Of a stretch of 64,000 bases of DNA, positions 57,297 to 64,000 are shown piece by piece. Below the pieces are notes generated by a model that did no database searches, had not been told where the DNA came from, and was given only the letters and a program-made list of their open reading frames with translations. Within the stretch, counting starts at the first letter, position 1. Every line of letters begins with the position of its first letter. Source of the DNA: Auanema rhodensis (lineage: Eukaryota; Animalia; Nematoda); NCBI GenBank assembly GCA_964057225.1, contig OZ059900.1, forward strand, positions 1,984,001 through 2,048,000, in the 5' to 3' direction. The translations under genes were made by a program, and so were the position numbers.

Positions 57297-60200
57297 TCAA
57301 ACACACAATAAACAAAATCAGTCTATTTTTATGAGCTTGCACTGATATATATTCATTTTGATCAAAAAAGGTCGAAAATAGAAAGAATTTTTGAATTTTC
57401 CGAGTTTTGAGTCTAATTTGGCTAAATCGCTCATATATATGATCAAAAGCATAGTTTTATTGTCTATGACAACAAAAGTCATCAATTAAACGCTAGTGAT
57501 GTTTAAATACTGAATTTCACTCAAATAGCATTACTACACTAAGTATGGTCGTTTTTATGCCTTTAACACCATATACTCACCGATTTTTGGTACAAAATCT
57601 GTGATACTCGTAAATTTTGATCATATTCGGTGAGATTCGAGGATCGAACACACAATACACGAAATATGTTTATTTTGACGAGTTTGCACTGATATTTATT
57701 CATTTTGATCAAAAAAGGTCGAAAATAGAAAGAATTTTTGAAATTTCCGAGTTTTGAGTCTAATTTGGCTAAATCGCTCATATACATGATCAGAAGCATA
57801 GTTTTATTGTCTATGACAACAAAAGTCATCAATTAAACGCTAGTGATGTTTAAATACTGATTTTCGCTCAAATAGCATTACTACACTAAGTATGGTCGTT
57901 TTTATGCCTTTAACACCATATACTCACCGATTTTTGGTACAAAATCTGTAATACTCGTAAATTTTGATCATATTCGTTAAGATTTGAAAATCAAACACAC
58001 AATAAACAAAATCAGTCTATTTTTATGAGCTTGCACTGATATATATTCATTTTGATCAAAAAAGGTCGAAAATAGAAAGAATTTTTGAAATTTACGAGTT
58101 TTGAATCTAATTTGGCTAAATCGCTCATATATATGATCAAAAGCATAGTTTTACTGTCTATGATAACAAAAGTCTTCAAATATACACTAATAATGATTAA
58201 ATCACTGAATTTCACTCAAATAGCATTACTACACTAAGTATGGTCGTTTTCATGCCTTTAACACCATATACTCACCGATTTTTGGTACAAAATCTGTAAT
58301 ACTTGTAAATTTTGATCATATTCGTTAAGATTCGAGAATCAAACACACAATACACGAAATAAGTTTATTTTTACGAGTTTGCACTGATATTTATTCATTT
58401 TGATCAAAAAAGGTCGAAAATAGAAAGAATTTTTGAAATTTCCGAGTTTTGAGTCTAATTTGGCTAAATCGCTCATATATATGATCAAAAGCATAGTTTT
58501 ATTGTCTATGACAACAAAAGTCATCAATTAAACGCTAGTGATGTTTAAATACTGAATTTCGCTCAAATAGCATTACTACACTAAGTATGGTCGTTTTTAT
58601 GCCTTTAACACCATATACTCACCGATTTTTGGTACAAAATCTGTAATACTCGTAAATTTTGATCATATTCGTTAAGATTTGAGAATCAAACACACAATAA
58701 ACAAAATCAGTCTATTTTTATGAGCTTGCACTGATATATATTCATTTTGATCAAAAAAGGTCGAAAATAGAAAGAATTTTTGAATTTTCCGAGTTTTGAG
58801 TCCAATTGGGCTAAATCGCTCATATATATGATCAAAAGCATAGTTTTATTGTCTATAACAACAAAAGTCATCAATTAAACGCTAGTGATGTTTAAATACT
58901 GAATTTCACTCAAATAGCATTACTACACTAAGTATGGTCGTTTTTATGCCTTTAACACCATATACTCACCGATTTTTGGTACAAAATCTGTGATACTCGT
59001 AAATTTTGATCATATTCGGTGAGATTCGAGAATCAAACACACAATACACAAAATAAGTTTATTTTTACGAGTTTGCACTGATATTTATTCATTTTGATCA
59101 AAAAAGGTCGAAAATAGAAAGAATTTTTGAAATTTCCGAGTTTTGAGTCTAATTTGGCTAAATCGCTCATATATATGATCAAAAGCATAGTTTTGTTGTC
59201 TATGACAACAAAAGTCATCAATTAAACGCTAGTGATGTTTAAATACTGAATTTCGCTCAAATAGCATTACTACACTAAGTATGGTCGTTTTTATGCCTTT
59301 AACACCATATACTCACCGATTTTTGGTACAAAATCTGTAATACTCGTAAATTTTGATCATATTCGTTAAGATTTGAGAATCAAACATACAATACACAAAA
59401 TCAGTCTATTTTTATGAGCTTGCACTGATATATACTCATTTTGATCAAAAAAGGTCGAAAATAGAAAGAATTTTTGAAATTTACGAGTTTTGAATCTAAT
59501 TTGGCTAAATCGCTCATATATATGATCAAAAGCATAGTTTTACTGTCTATGATAACAAAAGTCTTCAAATATACACTAATAATGATTAAATCACTGAATT
59601 TCACTCAAATAGCATTACTACACTAAGTATGGTCGTTTTCATGCCTTTAACACCATATACTCACCGATTTTTGGTACAAAATCTGTGATACTCGTAAATT
59701 CTGATCATATTTGGTGAGATTCGAGAATCAAACACACAATACACGAAATCAGTCTATTTTTATGAGCTTGCACTGATATATATTCATTTTGATCAAAAAA
59801 GGTCGAAAATAGAAAGAATTTTTGAAATTTCCGAGTTTTTAGTCTAATTTGGCTAAATCGCTCATATATATGATCAAAAGCATAGTTTTATTGTCTATGA
59901 CAACAAAAGTCATAAATTAAACGCTAGTGATGTTTAAATACTGATTTTCGCTCAAATAGCATTACTACACTAAGTATGGTCGTTTTTATGCCTTTAACAC
60001 CATATACTCACCGATTTTTGGTACAAAATCTGTGATACTCGTAAATTTTGATCATATTCGTTAAGATTTGAGAATCAAACACACAATAAACAAAATCAGT
60101 CTATTTTTATGAGCTTGCACTGATATATATTCATTTTGATCAAAAAAGGTCGAAAATAGAAAGAATTTTTGAATTTTCCGAGTTTTGAGTCTAATTTGGC

Positions 60201-63200
60201 TAAATCGCTCATATATATGATCAAAAGCATAGTTTTATTGTCTATGACAACAAAAGTCATCAATTAAACGCTAGTGATGTTTAAATACTGAATTTCACTC
60301 AAATAGCATTACTACACTAAGTATGGTCGTTTTTATGCCTTTAACACCATATACTCACCGATTTTTGGTACAAAATCTGTGATACTCGTAAATTTTGATC
60401 ATATTCGGTGAGATTCGAGGATCGAACACACAATACACGAAATATGTTTATTTTGACGAGTTTGCACTGATATTTATTCATTTTGATCAAAAAAGGTCGA
60501 AAATAGAAAGAATTTTTGAAATTTCCGAGTTTTGAGTCTAATTTGGCTAAATCGCTCATATACATGATCAGAAGCATAGTTTTATTGTCTATGACAACAA
60601 AAGTCATCAATTAAACGCTAGTGATGTTTAAATACTGATTTTCGCTCAAATAGCATTACTACACTAAGTATGGTCGTTTTTATGCCTTTAACACCATATA
60701 CTCACCGATTTTTGGTACAAAATCTGTAATACTCGTAAATTTTGATCATATTCGTTAAGATTTGAAAATCAAACACACAATAAACAAAATCAGTCTATTT
60801 TTATGAGCTTGCACTGATATATATTCATTTTGATCAAAAAAGGTCGAAAATAGAAAGAATTTTTGAAATTTACGAGTTTTGAATCTAATTTGGCTAAATC
60901 GCTCATATATATGATCAAAAGCATAGTTTTACTGTCTATGATAACAAAAGTCTTCAAATATACACTAATAATGATTAAATCACTGAATTTCACTCAAATA
61001 GCATTACTACACTAAGTATGGTCGTTTTCATGCCTTTAACACCATATACTCACCGATTTTTGGTACAAAATCTGTAATACTTGTAAATTTTGATCATATT
61101 CGTTAAGATTCGAGAATCAAACACACAATACACGAAATAAGTTTATTTTTACGAGTTTGCACTGATATTTATTCATTTTGATCAAAAAAGGTCGAAAATA
61201 GAAAGAATTTTTGAAATTTCCGAGTTTTGAGTCTAATTTGGCTAAATCGCTCATATATATGATCAAAAGCATAGTTTTATTGTCTATGACAACAAAAGTC
61301 ATCAATTAAACGCTAGTGATGTTTAAATACTGAATTTCGCTCAAATAGCATTACTACACTAAGTATGGTCGTTTTTATGCCTTTAACACCATATACTCAC
61401 CGATTTTTGGTACAAAATCTGTAATACTCGTAAATTTTGATCATATTCGTTAAGATTTGAGAATCAAACACACAATAAACAAAATCAGTCTATTTTTATG
61501 AGCTTGCACTGATATATATTCATTTTGATCAAAAAAGGTCGAAAATAGAAAGAATTTTTGAATTTTCCGAGTTTTGAGTCCAATTGGGCTAAATCGCTCA
61601 TATATATGATCAAAAGCATAGTTTTATTGTCTATAACAACAAAAGTCATCAATTAAACGCTAGTGATGTTTAAATACTGAATTTCACTCAAATAGCATTA
61701 CTACACTAAGTATGGTCGTTTTTATGCCTTTAACACCATATACTCACCGATTTTTGGTACAAAATCTGTGATACTCGTAAATTTTGATCATATTCGGTGA
61801 GATTCGAGAATCAAACACACAATACACAAAATAAGTTTATTTTTACGAGTTTGCACTGATATTTATTCATTTTGATCAAAAAAGGTCGAAAATAGAAAGA
61901 ATTTTTGAAATTTCCGAGTTTTGAGTCTAATTTGGCTAAATCGCTCATATATATGATCAAAAGCATAGTTTTGTTGTCTATGACAACAAAAGTCATCAAT
62001 TAAACGCTAGTGATGTTTAAATACTGAATTTCGCTCAAATAGCATTACTACACTAAGTATGGTCGTTTTTATGCCTTTAACACCATATACTCACCGATTT
62101 TTGGTACAAAATCTGTAATACTCGTAAATTTTGATCATATTCGTTAAGATTTGAGAATCAAACATACAATACACAAAATCAGTCTATTTTTATGAGCTTG
62201 CACTGATATATACTCATTTTGATCAAAAAAGGTCGAAAATAGAAAGAATTTTTGAAATTTACGAGTTTTGAATCTAATTTGGCTAAATCGCTCATATATA
62301 TGATCAAAAGCATAGTTTTACTGTCTATGATAACAAAAGTCTTCAAATATACACTAATAATGATTAAATCACTGAATTTCACTCAAATAGCATTACTACA
62401 CTAAGTATGGTCGTTTTCATGCCTTTAACACCATATACTCACCGATTTTTGGTACAAAATCTGTGATACTCGTAAATTCTGATCATATTTGGTGAGATTC
62501 GAGAATCAAACACACAATACACGAAATCAGTCTATTTTTATGAGCTTGCACTGATATATATTCATTTTGATCAAAAAAGGTCGAAAATAGAAAGAATTTT
62601 TGAAATTTCCGAGTTTTTAGTCTAATTTGGCTAAATCGCTCATATATATGATCAAAAGCATAGTTTTATTGTCTATGACAACAAAAGTCATAAATTAAAC
62701 GCTAGTGATGTTTAAATACTGATTTTCGCTCAAATAGCATTACTACACTAAGTATGGTCGTTTTTATGCCTTTAACACCATATACTCACCGATTTTTGGT
62801 ACAAAATCTGTGATACTCGTAAATTTTGATCATATTCGTTAAGATTTGAGAATCAAACACACAATAAACAAAATCAGTCTATTTTTATGAGCTTGCACTG
62901 ATATATATTCATTTTGATCAAAAAAGGTCGAAAATAGAAAGAATTTTTGAATTTTCCGAGTTTTGAGTCTAATTTGGCTAAATCGCTCATATATATGATC
63001 AAAAGCATAGTTTTATTGTCTATGACAACAAAAGTCATCAATTAAACGCTAGTGATGTTTAAATACTGAATTTCACTCAAATAGCATTACTACACTAAGT
63101 ATGGTCGTTTTTATGCCTTTAACACCATATACTCACCGATTTTTGGTACAAAATCTGTGATACTCGTAAATTTTGATCATATTCGGTGAGATTCGAGGAT

Positions 63201-63599
63201 CGAACACACAATACACGAAATATGTTTATTTTGACGAGTTTGCACTGATATTTATTCATTTTGATCAAAAAAGGTCGAAAATAGAAAGAATTTTTGAAAT
63301 TTCCGAGTTTTGAGTCTAATTTGGCTAAATCGCTCATATACATGATCAGAAGCATAGTTTTATTGTCTATGACAACAAAAGTCATCAATTAAACGCTAGT
63401 GATGTTTAAATACTGATTTTCGCTCAAATAGCATTACTACACTAAGTATGGTCGTTTTTATGCCTTTAACACCATATACTCACCGATTTTTGGTACAAAA
63501 TCTGTAATACTCGTAAATTTTGATCATATTCGTTAAGATTTGAAAATCAAACACACAATAAACAAAATCAGTCTATTTTTATGAGCTTGCACTGATATA
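57297..63599. repeat. 8-monomer higher-order repeat (2778 bp), about 2.3 near-identical copies, interrupted by the transposon
   Basis: ORFs 57563/60341/63119, 58012/60790, 58339/61117, 59033/61811 and 59401/62179 match. Confidence 0.93.
63598..63599. other. TA target site (one copy of the presumed target-site duplication)
   Basis: These are the last two satellite bases, within the GATATATATT motif. Tc1/mariner elements insert at TA and duplicate it. Confidence 0.85.
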
Positions 63600-63627
63600 C
63601 AGGGTGGCCCATAAGTATTGAGACACA
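63600..63627. repeat. Putative terminal inverted repeat of the transposon (CAGGGTGGCCCATAAGTATTGAGACACA); true length unknown
   Basis: It lies immediately after the TA and starts with CAG. The partner end is outside the window, so the inner boundary is a guess. Confidence 0.65.
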
Positions 63628-63706
63628 TTCAAAAAGTCATAAATGAAACAAAAAATAACCAAATCCTAAATAATTTACTAGTAATGTACATTGTTCATTT
63701 GTTCAA

Positions 63707-64000
63707 CTATTTATCAAGAAATTGCTCAAAATGTCCTCCTTTTGCTTTCTTACAGGCTTCGAGTCTTGTTCGCACTGAGTGTACCGTGGCTCGCAGGTAT
63801 TCCTCGTCTAGAGAGTCCCATGCTTTCTTCAAATCACGTTTGAGAGTTTCCAAATTTTGGGAGGACTTAGCTGATAATTTGTGTTCCAACACACTCCATA
63901 CTGAAAAATCCATAGGGTTCAGATCTGGCGAATTGCTGGGCCAGATATCTTTGCCCCAGAATCCTGGTAAAATCCTCGAACAGAGCTCAATTGTGCTTTT
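63707..64000 (-). CDS. C-terminal part of a Tc1/mariner-family transposase (5' part outside the window)
   Basis: The frame is open from 64000 to the TAG at 63707-63709: KSTIELCSRILPGFWGKDIWPSNSPDLNPMDFSVWSVLEHKL...LKKAWDSLDEEYLRATVHSVRTRLEACKKAKGGHFEQFLDK. It contains the WPxxSPDLNPxD catalytic motif (third acidic residue is D) and the terminal GGHFE motif. The track's Met at 63913 is internal. Confidence 0.93.
   Translation of the reverse strand, partial: KSTIELCSRILPGFWGKDIWPSNSPDLNPMDFSVWSVLEHKLSAKSSQNLETLKRDLKKAWDSLDEEYLRATVHSVRTRLEACKKAKGGHFEQFLDK

Larger units (their letters stand above)
1..63599. repeat. Tandem satellite DNA array, 347/348-bp AT-rich monomer, about 183 head-to-tail copies; continues beyond the left edge
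   Basis: The anchor AATCAAACA recurs at 258, 605, 952, 1300, 1647 ... 63200, 63547 (steps of 347 or 348). Near-invariant blocks occur in every unit: TACTACACTAAGTATGGTCGTTTTTATGCCTTTAACACCATATACTCACCGATTTTTGGTACAAAATCTGT and TTCATTTTGATCAAAAAAGGTCGAAAATAGAAAGAATTTTTGAA. The 1-bp length difference is mostly TTAAATACTG versus TTAAATCACTG. Confidence 0.99.
63600..64000 (-). mobile_element. Tc1/mariner (IS630-Tc1-mariner) DNA transposon, 3' end, probably DD37D/maT-like; truncated by the window edge
   Basis: The satellite stops mid-monomer at ...GCACTGATATA|CAGGGTGGCCC. A TA followed by CAG is a typical ITm terminus. A transposase C-terminus ends about 107 bp inside the element end. Confidence 0.93.

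Noticed and set aside
258-63388. More than 100 near-identical 61-101 aa minus-strand ORFs (…MLLIIYMSDLAKLDSKLGNFKNSFYFRPFLIKMN…) as a tandem gene family
   Set aside because: They recur at the satellite period, and starts and stops toggle with single variants. Many begin at non-ATG codons. The variants are largely non-synonymous, the intervening DNA is at least as conserved, and I recognise no domain.
1-63599. CRISPR-like array (constant blocks alternating with variable segments)
   Set aside because: The variable segments are homologous alleles rather than unique spacers, the period is 347 bp, and there are no cas genes.
1-63599. Tandem RNA-gene cluster (5S, spliced leader, snRNA, tRNA) or telomeric repeat
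   Set aside because: I recognise no such sequence, promoter boxes or short telomeric motif by eye. An Rfam/Infernal search of the consensus would settle it.
63600-64000. Satellite derived from the adjacent transposon, or a host species assignment
   Set aside because: There is no visible similarity between the monomer and the 401 bp of element. Neither sequence can be tied to a named species or satellite family without a database search.

Overview
This is eukaryotic-type heterochromatin, not a gene region. Bases 1-63599 are one uninterrupted head-to-tail array of about 183 copies of an AT-rich 347/348-bp satellite monomer, all in the same orientation. Each monomer has near-invariant blocks separated by segments that occur in two or three discrete versions, and these versions are shuffled combinatorially between copies. 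The array shows local higher-order repeats of 2, 3, 4, 5, 6, 7/9, 8 and 12 monomers, plus larger duplications offset by 21-27 monomers. Two things break the pattern. First, a 32-bp insertion at 6806-6837 begins with an inverted copy of a rare variant lying about 165 bp downstream, which looks like a templated end-joining scar. Second, a Tc1/mariner-superfamily transposon (WPSNSPDLNPMD motif, probably DD37D/maT-like) sits at a satellite TA (63598-63599) and runs off the right edge. All ORFs in the track except the last are by-products of the satellite. I see no new protein-coding system. The interesting biology lies in the array's architecture and mutational history. Alignments and periods were read by eye and from ORF-track offsets, so block boundaries are approximate. 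The host species cannot be determined from this window.
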